A DNA stretch of 64,000 nucleotides from Chloroflexota bacterium. Lineage in GTDB: Bacteria; Chloroflexota; Anaerolineae; Aggregatilineales; UBA3940. Both the position numbers and the translations under genes were made by a program. The notes under the pieces were generated by a model. That model was not told where the DNA came from, ran no database searches, and saw nothing but the letters and a program-made list of their open reading frames with translations. This document shows, piece after piece, positions 1-9,072 of this stretch (position 1 is the first letter of the stretch; each line of letters starts with the position of its first letter). Location of the stretch: contig JAADYX010000098.1 of NCBI GenBank assembly GCA_010092885.1, positions 2,051-66,050 of the forward strand, written 5' to 3'.

Positions 1-378
1 ATTGTATGATCCTTGCGTGATGGCCAGCAGGAAGTCATGCTCGCCGTTGTAGAGCTCCTGTGCACGCTCCAGCATCCAGATTGTCCGCATAGCGAGCATG
101 TGTTCGCCTCGCAGAGTAACACGTGTGTAGTCATCCGGAGGGCGCAGACACCCGAAAGGTGTCGGCTCGATAGTTGGCGTGGCGGTCGGCGTGGGCTGTG
201 GGGTTGCGGTAGGCGTTGGCGTGGCGGAGGGTACAGCGGTCGGTGTCTGTGTTGGTGACGGTTCACTCGGGGTGGGCATAACAGCAGAAGTGGTGCACCC
301 TGCCAGTATGCTCGCCACAAGAACGGCACAGACCCACAAAGGCCTGTGCCGCTGTCTGACGTTCGTTGTGCTAGTCAA
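1..378 (-). CDS. Secreted lipoprotein, N-terminal part only (gene runs off the window start). Signal peptide with lipobox, then a Pro/Thr-rich tether, then an unknown domain.
   Basis: Not in the ORF track because there is no stop in the window. My translation of the minus frame ending at base 1 reads (TTG at 378)TSTTNVRQRHRPLWVCAVLVASILAGCTTSAVMPTPSEPSPTQTPTAVPSATPTPTATPQPTPTATPTIEPTPFGCLRPPDDYTRVTLRGEHMLAMRTIWMLERAQELYNGEHDFLLAITQGSYN. The n-region, h-region and L-A-G-C lipobox are clear. The TTG start is the only candidate I found and is uncertain. Confidence 0.55.
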   Translation of the reverse strand, partial: MTSTTNVRQRHRPLWVCAVLVASILAGCTTSAVMPTPSEPSPTQTPTAVPSATPTPTATPQPTPTATPTIEPTPFGCLRPPDDYTRVTLRGEHMLAMRTIWMLERAQELYNGEHDFLLAITQGSYN

Positions 379-1576
379 TGATGCCTTGCAGCCTGCCCAC
401 TTTTTCGATGATTTCCAGTGCTCGGTCGAGCTGTTCGCGGGTATGCGTTGCGATATAGCTGGTGCGCAGCAGCGACTGGTTCGGCGGCACGCCCGGTGGG
501 ATCACGGGGTTGGTGAACACGCCCTCTTCAAACAGGCCCTTCCAGAAGAGTGCCGTCCGAATATCCTCACCGACCATGATCGGGATAATGGGTGTTTCGC
601 TTGGGCCAGTATCAAAGCCAAGGCTTTGCAGCCCCTGCCGCATGTATTCAGCATTGTCCCACACCTGCTGCACATAGCCGGGGTCTTCCTCGATGATATC
701 CAGAGCGGCCAACACAGCAGCCACATTGGACGCAGGCAGGCTCGCGCTGAAGATGAGCGAACGGGCATGATGCTGGACGTAATGCATCACCTGCTCGTCG
801 CCGGCAACGAACCCCCCGATCGAGGCAAATGATTTGCTGAATGTGCCCGTGATGATGTCCACCTCGTCGGTCAGGCCGAAATGAGCGGCAGTGCCCCGTC
901 CATCGGCCAGCACACCGACACTGTGCGCGTCGTCGACCATCAGTCGAGCGCCATGTCGTGCGCAGACCTCAACGAGTTCAGGCAGGGGGGCAATATCACC
1001 ACCCATACTGTATACGCCGTCCACCGCAACGAGTTTGCCCGCCTCAGGATCGATTTTGCTCAACACACGGTCCAGGTCAGCCGGATCGCTGTGTTTGAAG
1101 CGCTTCATGTCACCGAGGGCCATCAGCGCCCCATCGACGATGCAGGCGTGTGCCTCCTTGTCCGTGATCATCACATCGCCCCGGCCTACCAATGCTGAAA
1201 CGGTACCCAGGTTGGTTTGGTAGCCTGTGGTGAAGACAAGTGCCTTCTCTTTGCCGACGAAGTTCGCCAGCCGTTCTTCCAGTTCTTCGTGCAGGGCCAG
1301 CGTGCCATTCATAAAGCGCGAGCCGGTACAGCTGGTCCCATAATGCATGGCGGCGTTAGCGGCGGCTTCTCGCACCTTCGGATGTGTGGTCAGCCCGAGG
1401 TAATTGTTCGAGCCGATCATGATAATCTCACGCCCCTGATAGTAGACGACGGTTCCTTCGGAGTCGTCGAATGGTACAAAGAAGGGGTAAATGCCTGCTG
1501 CCTGAGCCTCTTTGGCGCGCGTGTAGCCAAACGCCTTGGCAAAAATATCAGTCTTTTCTTGCTGTACAGTGGTCAT
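371..1576 (-). CDS. PLP-dependent alpha-oxoamine synthase family (KBL/BioF/serine palmitoyltransferase-like acyltransferase)
   Basis: 401 aa. Motifs: SNNYLGL, the PLP-lysine motif GTFSKSFASIGGF, and DDAHS. The ATG is at 1576. The family is certain but the substrate is not. Confidence 0.85.
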   Translation of the reverse strand: MTTVQQEKTDIFAKAFGYTRAKEAQAAGIYPFFVPFDDSEGTVVYYQGREIIMIGSNNYLGLTTHPKVREAAANAAMHYGTSCTGSRFMNGTLALHEELEERLANFVGKEKALVFTTGYQTNLGTVSALVGRGDVMITDKEAHACIVDGALMALGDMKRFKHSDPADLDRVLSKIDPEAGKLVAVDGVYSMGGDIAPLPELVEVCARHGARLMVDDAHSVGVLADGRGTAAHFGLTDEVDIITGTFSKSFASIGGFVAGDEQVMHYVQHHARSLIFSASLPASNVAAVLAALDIIEEDPGYVQQVWDNAEYMRQGLQSLGFDTGPSETPIIPIMVGEDIRTALFWKGLFEEGVFTNPVIPPGVPPNQSLLRTSYIATHTREQLDRALEIIEKVGRLQGIID

Positions 1577-1721
1577 TGGATATGGTCCCTACTTCTCACA
1601 AAACGGGTCTTTGATTATAGTCGAGATTGCCGTCTGCTCAAACCGACGGTTGACAAGGCGAATGCCTCCACACTATACTGATCGCGCTTTACTGCATTTC
1701 GTTGTTAGGAGAAAAAAGGGC

Positions 1722-2018
1722 ATGCCCCTTGTCAAAACATACTCGGATGATGGTGCGCAGTGCAGCGTAACCTTTGTTTTTAATAACGCCCCGAACGCCC
1801 GATCGGTTACGCTGGTGGCCGAGTTTAACAGTTGGGAACGCGAATCACTGTCTATGCATCGTGTTGACGAGCACTGGGAGCTGACTGTCGATCTGGATGC
1901 AGGTGAAGCATACCAGTATCGGTATCTGGTCAACGGCACAGATTGGTTCAACGATGACGACCCCGACGATTATATGGCCCATCCTTATGGCGGTGAGAAT
2001 TCGGTAGTACAAACCTGA
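1722..2018 (+). CDS. Small stand-alone CBM48/E-set (glycogen-binding, AMPK-beta-like) domain protein
   Basis: I trimmed track ORF 1536..2018 to the ATG at 1722, which follows aggagaaaaaaggg. The upstream part overlaps the divergent gene's start. Sequence: VTFVFNNAPNARSVTLVAEFNSWERESLSMHRVDEHWELTVDLDAGEAYQYRYLVNGTDWFND. Confidence 0.6.
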   Translation: MPLVKTYSDDGAQCSVTFVFNNAPNARSVTLVAEFNSWERESLSMHRVDEHWELTVDLDAGEAYQYRYLVNGTDWFNDDDPDDYMAHPYGGENSVVQT

Positions 2019-2035
2019 ACGCGCGGCGGTGATAT

Positions 2036-4840
2036 ATGGAAACACTCTACCTGATCGATGGGCATTCACTCGCCTATCGAATGTACTACGCGGATGTTGA
2101 TCGCAAGACTAAGATGCCCACACTCACATCGCGCAGCGGCGAGTATACAGGCGCTGTTTTTAACTTCACGCGGAAGCTGCTCGACATCATTGAGCGCGAT
2201 ATGCCCGACTATATCGCGGTATGCTTCGACGCCAGTGAAGTGACGTTTCGCAACGAGCTTTATGAAGAGTACAAGTCCAACCGGGAAGCCATGCCGGAAC
2301 CCCTGCGCGAGCAGATATGGCGCATCCGGCAGATGTTGGCAGCTTTCAACATTCCCATGCTTGAACACGAGAATTACGAAGCCGACGACTTGCTTGGCAC
2401 GGTCTCACGCTTGGCGGCTGAACAAGGGGTTAAGACCCGCATCATCACTGGGGACAGCGACATGCTCCAGCTGGTTGATGAATGGGTCACAGTGGAGCAG
2501 TTTATTCCTTTCAAACCCGAGCGGGTTTACGATTCCCCCGCTAAAGTCCGCGAGCGTTATGGCGTGGCGCCCGACCGCCTTGTCGATTACAAGGCGCTTG
2601 TCGGCGATACCTCTGACAATGTGCCGGGTGTGCATGGCATCGGCGAAAAGCTCGCGTTGGAGCTGTTCGAGCAGTTCGACAGTCTGGACGCCATGCTTGC
2701 CAACCTCGATGAGATCAGCGGTACGCGTGCCCGAAATGCGTTGGAAAAGGGCCAGGAGACTGCACGGCTCAGTTATGAGCTTGTGTGCATCAAGCGGGAT
2801 GTGGATATCGACTTCCAGCTGGAAACCTGCCGTACACGTGAGTTCGATCTGGCGCCGGTGATCAACCTGATGGAAGAGCTTGAGTTCCGTTCACTGCTTG
2901 ATCGCATCAAAGCCGCAGTCGAGGAACCCTCCGAAGGTGACCAACTTTCTATGTTCGGCCAGATGTTCGCCGACAATATTCCGGATGACTTTGATTTCGC
3001 GCCGGGCGTGGCAAAGCCTGATACGGTGCTGCATCTGGTCACGACCACCGAAGAACTGGATCGCCTGGCTGATGTGCTGGCAAGTGCCGGGCAGATCGCA
3101 TTCGATACGGAGACCACCAGTGTGGACCAGATGGCCGCTGACCTGGTGGGGATCTCACTCGCGGTCGTTTCTGGGGAGGCTTATTACATTCCGGTAGGCC
3201 ACCAGTCTGGCAAGCAGCTCGCTTTGGGCCAGGTGCTTGACCGGATCCGGCCTGCAATGACGGATCCTAACATCCCCAAGGTGGCGCACAACGCCAAGTA
3301 TGATGCGGTTATCCTCTCGCGGCATGGCCTGGATGTGTATCCACTCAGCTTCGATACGATGATCGCGGAGTGGCTGGTCGATCCGGCGCAGTCCGTTGGT
3401 CTGAAGGAAACGGTCGATAGGCGGCTTGATGTAACGATGACCGAGATCACCGAGCTGCTTGGCACAGGCCGCAAGCAGATCACGATGGATGCCGTTGATG
3501 TGCAGCAGGCCGCACCGTATGCGGCGGCTGATGCCGACTACACTCTCCGGCTGGTGGAACCGCTGCGCGCTGATATGCGTGAGCGGAGTGTGCACGAACT
3601 CTTCACTGAGTTGGAAATGCCGTTGGTTCCTATTCTGGCGCGCATGGAGCGAACCGGCATCCTGGTGGATGTTAATCTGCTCGCGCAGATGTCAAAGGCG
3701 ATGGCAAACCAGCTTAACGACCTTTCAGCGACTATCTACCGGATTGCGGGGCAGGAGTTCAATATCAACTCTCCGCAGCAGCTCAGCGAGATTCTCTTTG
3801 GAACCCTTGGTCTGCCGAAGCAAGGAGTGCGTAAAACCAAGAGCGGCTACTATTCGACCGCGGCCAGTGTGCTTGACAGCCTGGTTGAACACGACACAAC
3901 GGGTTTCATCGATACCCTGCTGCAGTACCGCTCTCTAGAAAAACTGCGTTCAACCTATCTGGATGCGCTTCCAGCTCTCGTGAATCCGGAGACCGGTCGC
4001 ATCCACACATCGTTCAACCAGACGGGCACAGTCACCGGACGCTTGAGCTCAAGCAGTCCGAACCTGCAGAACATCCCCATCCGCACGGAGGAAGGCCGCC
4101 GCATCCGCGATGCTTTCATTGCCAGGCCGGGATGGGTGCTGATCGCCGCGGACTACTCCCAGGTTGAGCTTCGCATCCTGGCCCATATGGCTGATGACGA
4201 CCAGCTAAAAGAAGCTTTCGTGCAAAATCAGGATATTCACACCACAACAGCGGCCACCGTCTATGACATCGCTTTGGACCAGGTGACACCGGCCCAGCGC
4301 AGTTTCGCCAAATCGGTGAACTATGGCTTATTGTATGGCATGGGTGCTTTCCGGCTGGCGCGTGACTCCGGCATGGCGAGGCATGATGCGCAGGCGTTCA
4401 TCGATACCTACTTCGAGCGCTTTCCCAAAATCCGTGGCTTCCTGGATGAAACCCGCGAACATGCGATTGAAAAAGGCTACGTGGAAACATTGCTAGGGCG
4501 CAAGCGCTATTTTGCAGTGTTCGACTCAGATGAGTCAGGGCACCGGGCGAGCATTGCCCGCCGTGCCGCTGAACGCGAAGCGGTCAATATGCCGATTCAG
4601 GGTACTGCTGCCGACATAATCAAACTTGCCATGCTCAATCTGGAAACAGCGCTCAGGAAAGAGGGTCTGCGGGGCCAGATGTTGCTGCAGGTACATGATG
4701 AACTTGTGCTGGAGGTTCCCCGTGAGGAAGCGGATGCAACGCTCGAATTGACGCAAGAAATCATGGAGTCGGCATACACACTGTCTGTGCCGCTCAAAGT
4801 TGATGCCCATCAAGGACCAAATTGGGGCCAGCTAAAGTGA
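2036..4840 (+). CDS. polA: DNA polymerase I (5'-3' exonuclease, 3'-5' exonuclease and polymerase domains)
   Basis: 934 aa. It has an N-terminal FEN-like domain. The exonuclease motifs are IAFDTETTS, HNAKYD and YAAADADYT. The polymerase motifs are ADYSQVELRILAH, RSFAKSVNYGLLYG and QVHDELV. Confidence 0.97.
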   Translation: METLYLIDGHSLAYRMYYADVDRKTKMPTLTSRSGEYTGAVFNFTRKLLDIIERDMPDYIAVCFDASEVTFRNELYEEYKSNREAMPEPLREQIWRIRQMLAAFNIPMLEHENYEADDLLGTVSRLAAEQGVKTRIITGDSDMLQLVDEWVTVEQFIPFKPERVYDSPAKVRERYGVAPDRLVDYKALVGDTSDNVPGVHGIGEKLALELFEQFDSLDAMLANLDEISGTRARNALEKGQETARLSYELVCIKRDVDIDFQLETCRTREFDLAPVINLMEELEFRSLLDRIKAAVEEPSEGDQLSMFGQMFADNIPDDFDFAPGVAKPDTVLHLVTTTEELDRLADVLASAGQIAFDTETTSVDQMAADLVGISLAVVSGEAYYIPVGHQSGKQLALGQVLDRIRPAMTDPNIPKVAHNAKYDAVILSRHGLDVYPLSFDTMIAEWLVDPAQSVGLKETVDRRLDVTMTEITELLGTGRKQITMDAVDVQQAAPYAAADADYTLRLVEPLRADMRERSVHELFTELEMPLVPILARMERTGILVDVNLLAQMSKAMANQLNDLSATIYRIAGQEFNINSPQQLSEILFGTLGLPKQGVRKTKSGYYSTAASVLDSLVEHDTTGFIDTLLQYRSLEKLRSTYLDALPALVNPETGRIHTSFNQTGTVTGRLSSSSPNLQNIPIRTEEGRRIRDAFIARPGWVLIAADYSQVELRILAHMADDDQLKEAFVQNQDIHTTTAATVYDIALDQVTPAQRSFAKSVNYGLLYGMGAFRLARDSGMARHDAQAFIDTYFERFPKIRGFLDETREHAIEKGYVETLLGRKRYFAVFDSDESGHRASIARRAAEREAVNMPIQGTAADIIKLAMLNLETALRKEGLRGQMLLQVHDELVLEVPREEADATLELTQEIMESAYTLSVPLKVDAHQGPNWGQLK

Positions 4841-4850
4841 TCAGCTGCAT

Positions 4851-5273
4851 TTACCGTCTGGAAGGCCGGCGCAGCAGGCGTGCAACGGTATCCAATGCGG
4901 CCCGGCGTACTCGCTTGGACGGATCGTTGAGACTGACACGCACAAGCGCCTTTTCGGCTGTGTCGCACCCGTGTCGCCCGAGCGACCGTACGGCCACTTC
5001 ACGCACGGCCCAGTCTCTTTCAGTTTGCACGAGCTGGCACAGAGCTTCTGTTGAGGCATCAGTGATGATCTCACCAAGTGTCCATGCGGCAACATAGCGC
5101 ACTTCTGACCGTTCTGACTGCGAAGCTTTGATGAGCTGGGCCACTATCGTCGGTCCGAACCGGACGAGCCTGCGTGCCGCTGAGGCACGTTCATTCCAAT
5201 CCTGCGAATAGATGAGCTCAAGTAATTCTTCAAGGCTGGTTTGCTGACGATTTACGGCAACCATGATTCCCAT
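4851..5273 (-). CDS. HEAT-repeat (PBS-lyase HEAT-like) protein
   Basis: 140 aa with repeated xVRxxAAxxLGxxG units (SEVRYVAAWTLGEI, WAVREVAVRSLGRHG, KRVRRAALDTVARL). A good RBS, gagggaaaagg, lies upstream. Confidence 0.7.
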   Translation of the reverse strand: MGIMVAVNRQQTSLEELLELIYSQDWNERASAARRLVRFGPTIVAQLIKASQSERSEVRYVAAWTLGEIITDASTEALCQLVQTERDWAVREVAVRSLGRHGCDTAEKALVRVSLNDPSKRVRRAALDTVARLLRRPSRR

Positions 5274-5361
5274 CCTTTTCCCTCATGGCTCTCATTTTTA
5301 GTATATGATGGGTTCAAAAGCGCATGCAAGCGTCATCTAGCCGGATATTATGTGATCTTCG

Positions 5362-7920
5362 TCAGTCCCAAACGGGATGGTTGTCAATAAGAGACAGAAG
5401 CTTGTCGGCTTCATAATCATGCGCAAGCTCTCGGCTGCGTTCCATCAACTGTTTGGCGGCTTCCCGAGCACCGTGCTGGTAAGCCTGATCACCAAGATTG
5501 TACAACGTGTGCGCCAGCCCAAGACCATCACCGATGTGCTCTTGGAGATCAAGGGCCTGCTCCCAGGCCACTTTTGCCCGTTCCGAGTCGTCCAAGTGGG
5601 CATAGACCGTGCCCAAATTGAACAACAGCCTGGACTGCCCGAATACATCACCAAGTGAGCGCATGATTGCCAGACCTTCCAGCAGATGGCGCCGCGCAGC
5701 CTCCACAGCGCCTTCACGATGGTAGATAAGGGCCAGCCGCACGTGAGACCAACTCAGCTCGGGCACATTGCCCTCTTCTGCGCAGCGAAGCAGTGCCTCC
5801 TGTTGGAGCATGCGCGCCTGAATGGTCTCGCCCTGTGCGAGTGCGAGCGTGCTCATTGCGCTCAAGAAGCCGGGGTCCAGTTCTTCGTCAGGCTCATAAG
5901 TATCGAGAGCCTGTTTAAGCAGAGCATCTGCCTGTTTCAAGTCATCCCGTTCGAAGGCGATCCCAATGAGGCTGCGTGCCGCCTGTCGGAAGACAGCCAC
6001 ATCCTGAAGCCTGTGGGCTGTGGCCAATGCCTGTTGAAAGTGGATCTCTGCCTGCGCGATATGGCCCTGCTGTTGGTGCAGCCTGCCGTGTTCGATGAGT
6101 GCTCGTGATTGGTTTAGAAAGTCACCCACCGCACCAAGCTGTATAATCGCTGCCTCCAGTAGATCGTCGGCATAGGGCATGTTGCCCAACCAACGTTCCG
6201 CTGTGCCCCACTCGATCAGCAGTAGACCGTGCAAGTGGTCATCCTCCTGACGGACTTGTCCGGCGGCCATAGCGAGCACGTTGCGCCACACCAGCCATTG
6301 TCCCATCTGGCGGGCATATGGGGCTGCTTCCAGGAGCATGACAGCCAGACGGTGATTGTCCACCAGCGCTGAAGTCTGCTCAAAGAGCAGCGGAACGGCC
6401 CCCAACAGGTTTAGTGAAAGATCGGCCTGCCGGGTGAACGTGCGTTCGATGATGGCCTCAACCTCAGCTGTATTCTGGCCAGCAAGCTGGCCCAAGTACT
6501 CTTCGAATAAGGGGTGCAGTGTGAACAGGCCGGGTTCGTCCACACGTAGAACAAGCTGCTTGTCGAGTGCCTTTAGGGCACGCGCCACACTGTCAGCGTG
6601 TAACCCGGATACTTTGCTAAGTGTCTCTTCGTCGATAGGTTCTGCTGCCAGCAGTCTCAGGCTGAGCGCCACCAGCTGAGCATCCTCAGGTAGCTGTTGC
6701 CATGTATCCTCAAATAGAAACGATAGCAAGCCCTGCCCGTCATTTGCTTGCAATGTGCCCAGGTTGACCGTGTGCGCCGCATGGAGCCCCAGGTGAGATG
6801 CCAGCGCTTTCCCAACCAGGATGTTGCCTTCGGCTGCATCATAGATATCACGCAGCGTATCGTCGGAAAGCCTGGGCAGGCGCAGCTGCCTTATATGGTC
6901 AGCAATCATCGCGTGAAAAGCCCCAAAGGAAGGTGGTGGTATGGGATAGTTTGTCAGGCTGATGTCCGTATCATCCGGACGGTGGCGGCTGGTGAGCAGC
7001 ACGTGTCCACCCCCGACGAGGTTGACCAGCCGCACGAGCGGCATAGTGAGGTAATCCGCGTTATCAATCACGATGAGTGCCCGCCGCTGTGCCAGCAGCA
7101 TCCGCAGTGCGTGCTTGCGTTCTTCCAACGCTGCATCGAAAAGATGCAGAAATCCGAGCTGTACAGCAAGCTGATTCAACAGTTCAGCCTCTGTCACCGG
7201 ACTGTGCAGTGTCAGCCAGGCAAACTCATCAAACACGTGGTGTTGAAGCAGATGGGCTGCTACTTCCCGCGCAATCGTCGTTTTGCCCATGCCACCCGGT
7301 GCCGTCAACGCAGTGACGGCACTGGGCCTCTGCGCTATGCTCGCCCCCACCGTTTCGATCAGATCGCCCACGCCATGAAGTTGGTCAGTTTGCCGGGCAG
7401 GCAGTTTGCTCTGCAGCCAGATATCCCAATGTGCAAATCTGGTTTCCTGCTCATAGCGGCTGATCAGTCCAGCCAGCAGCCAGCAGCCATTCGTCTCTCG
7501 CCGCCGGATCTGCCGGGCAGCAACGCCCGTAATCCGCTCGATATCCTGGACCTGCATATCCAGATCCACCCGCACATACCTGTAGTAGAGAACACTCCAA
7601 CTCTCCAAAGGAACACTTCCCTGGCTGAAGTCCATACCGAGATCGGCTTCAGCCTGGATCCGTGTACACATCGGGTCAACTGCAGATAGGCCTTCGATCT
7701 TGCGCAGTGCGTTCAGCCGGTCGGTGATCGCATCAGCGAGTGCTTGCATAAGAGCAGCCTTAAACCCCGCTTCAGAAGCTGTGGGCGGTGGAACCTGTTG
7801 GTGTATCCACAACAGCCGCAACAGCGGGGAGTGCCCTATTCTCCCAGCCTGCCGCGCTTTCTTGAGCACATCACGGATATCTTGCTCCGTGAGCAGATAG
7901 GACCCCGCATCAATCGTCAC
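5362..7920 (-). CDS. STAND-type regulator: N-terminal sigma-region-4-like HTH, NB-ARC/AAA P-loop NTPase and C-terminal TPR array
   Basis: 852 aa with a GTG start and RBS aagggaag. Walker A is APGGMGKTTIAREVA and Walker B is LIVIDNAD. The C-terminal half is TPR-like (A/L/Y-rich repeats). The N-terminal segment LYYRYVRVDLDMQVQDIERITGVAARQIRRRETNG resembles an HTH. Confidence 0.8.
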   Translation of the reverse strand: MTIDAGSYLLTEQDIRDVLKKARQAGRIGHSPLLRLLWIHQQVPPPTASEAGFKAALMQALADAITDRLNALRKIEGLSAVDPMCTRIQAEADLGMDFSQGSVPLESWSVLYYRYVRVDLDMQVQDIERITGVAARQIRRRETNGCWLLAGLISRYEQETRFAHWDIWLQSKLPARQTDQLHGVGDLIETVGASIAQRPSAVTALTAPGGMGKTTIAREVAAHLLQHHVFDEFAWLTLHSPVTEAELLNQLAVQLGFLHLFDAALEERKHALRMLLAQRRALIVIDNADYLTMPLVRLVNLVGGGHVLLTSRHRPDDTDISLTNYPIPPPSFGAFHAMIADHIRQLRLPRLSDDTLRDIYDAAEGNILVGKALASHLGLHAAHTVNLGTLQANDGQGLLSFLFEDTWQQLPEDAQLVALSLRLLAAEPIDEETLSKVSGLHADSVARALKALDKQLVLRVDEPGLFTLHPLFEEYLGQLAGQNTAEVEAIIERTFTRQADLSLNLLGAVPLLFEQTSALVDNHRLAVMLLEAAPYARQMGQWLVWRNVLAMAAGQVRQEDDHLHGLLLIEWGTAERWLGNMPYADDLLEAAIIQLGAVGDFLNQSRALIEHGRLHQQQGHIAQAEIHFQQALATAHRLQDVAVFRQAARSLIGIAFERDDLKQADALLKQALDTYEPDEELDPGFLSAMSTLALAQGETIQARMLQQEALLRCAEEGNVPELSWSHVRLALIYHREGAVEAARRHLLEGLAIMRSLGDVFGQSRLLFNLGTVYAHLDDSERAKVAWEQALDLQEHIGDGLGLAHTLYNLGDQAYQHGAREAAKQLMERSRELAHDYEADKLLSLIDNHPVWD

Positions 7921-8040
7921 CTGAGATGCTTCCCTTAAAATTTCCGCTCACATCGTTTGTGTTAACATGCTGTCTTGCGTGTGTAATGGTGACGGTGTAT
8001 CCTGCTCACAGTCTGCCGAAGTTCGACTGTAGGAAAACAC

Positions 8041-9072
8041 ATGCAGCCGTATATCGCCGTTGAGGGCGTGATCGGCGTCGGGAAAACGACGCTGGCACGC
8101 CTGTTGGCCCCTGTTTTCAATGCGACAGCTGTCTTGGAGGAGTTTGAGGAGAATCCGTTTCTCTCCAGCTTCTATGCCGACAAAGCGCGCTATGCATTTC
8201 AAACGCAGATCTTCTTTCTGCTGAGCCGCTACCGGCAGCAGACTGCCCGTATTCCTCTGGCACGCCAGCAAGGGCCGGTGATCAGTGACTACACGTTTGC
8301 TAAGGACAGTCTTTTTGCGCATCTGACTCTGTTCGGTGACGAGTTAGCTGTTTACGAACGTGTTCACGAAGCACTCGCTGAACGTATCCCCAAGCCTGAT
8401 CTGCTCATCTATCTACGTGCCAGCCATGAGGTGCTCATGACGCGCATCGCCGCACGTGATCGGCCCTACGAGCGCAACATGGACCCGGCGTACATCGAGC
8501 AGTTACGGATTGCGTACGATGATTTTATCATGGCTAACCGATCATCGTCACTTCTAGTCCTGGAAACAGACGATATTGATTACGTTAAGCGAAACGATGA
8601 TCTGGAAGCGATCATCGCGGCGATACGCGGGAAGCTGGCAGAACGTAATGGCCATACAGCGGCAGACGGGCAGGCGGCCGAGTCGCCAGAGCACATCCTC
8701 ACGGCGTTGGCGATGCAGGCTGGCCACCTGGCCGATTTCCAGGCGTTCCATCGTTCCCTTGATGCTGACAAGGGGTTTGACCCGGACCCATTCTTCAATT
8801 TCATCATGCTCACTGAGGAGATCGGTGAGCTGGCCCGTGAGTTGAAAACAGTGCACCGGCTGCAAAGTCAACTGAGCCAGCAGGGCCATGCCGCGCCACT
8901 GGCTGCTGCAATTAACAGGCAGCGCGAAAGGCTACAGGATGAACTCGCTGACTGCCTGGCCTATCTGCTTAAGCTGAGCAACTATGCCGGGATCGACCTG
9001 GAACAAGCTTATTTGGCGAAAATGGCGTTCAACACCCAGCGTGACTGGGATCAGGAGGAGGAAGACACATGA
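8041..9072 (+). CDS. Deoxynucleoside kinase fused to a C-terminal MazG-type nucleoside-triphosphate pyrophosphohydrolase domain
   Basis: 343 aa. The dNK part has P-loop EGVIGVGKTTLARLL and lid RIAARDRPYE. The C-terminal ~100 aa carry MazG motifs EEIGELAREL (ExxE) and DELADCLAYLLKL (ExxD). Confidence 0.8.
   Translation: MQPYIAVEGVIGVGKTTLARLLAPVFNATAVLEEFEENPFLSSFYADKARYAFQTQIFFLLSRYRQQTARIPLARQQGPVISDYTFAKDSLFAHLTLFGDELAVYERVHEALAERIPKPDLLIYLRASHEVLMTRIAARDRPYERNMDPAYIEQLRIAYDDFIMANRSSSLLVLETDDIDYVKRNDDLEAIIAAIRGKLAERNGHTAADGQAAESPEHILTALAMQAGHLADFQAFHRSLDADKGFDPDPFFNFIMLTEEIGELARELKTVHRLQSQLSQQGHAAPLAAAINRQRERLQDELADCLAYLLKLSNYAGIDLEQAYLAKMAFNTQRDWDQEEEDT

Noticed and set aside
13-832. Track ORFs 13..258 (+) and 179..832 (+), with Gly/Val/Arg-rich translations
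   Set aside because: They are the antisense of a Pro/Thr-tether-coding lipoprotein gene (1-378, minus strand) and of the well-supported alpha-oxoamine synthase gene. They have low-complexity composition, no RBS and no recognisable domain.
1536-1721. N-terminal extensions of track ORFs, including 1536..2018, 20873.., 22012.., 29620..30192, 52339..52938, 56890..58488, 61821..62201 and 62157..
   Set aside because: The extensions overlap neighbouring genes or divergent promoters and add non-homologous residues. Internal ATGs with better RBS or spacing give family-typical N-termini.
6748-7689. Long antisense ORFs inside strongly supported genes: 6748..7689, 10109..10933, 12269..12802, 13260..14084, 37031..37783 and 53232..54218
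   Set aside because: Open antisense frames of this kind are typical of GC-rich DNA. Their translations are Arg/Ser/Pro/Ala-rich with no motifs. The opposite-strand genes carry unambiguous family signatures along their full length.
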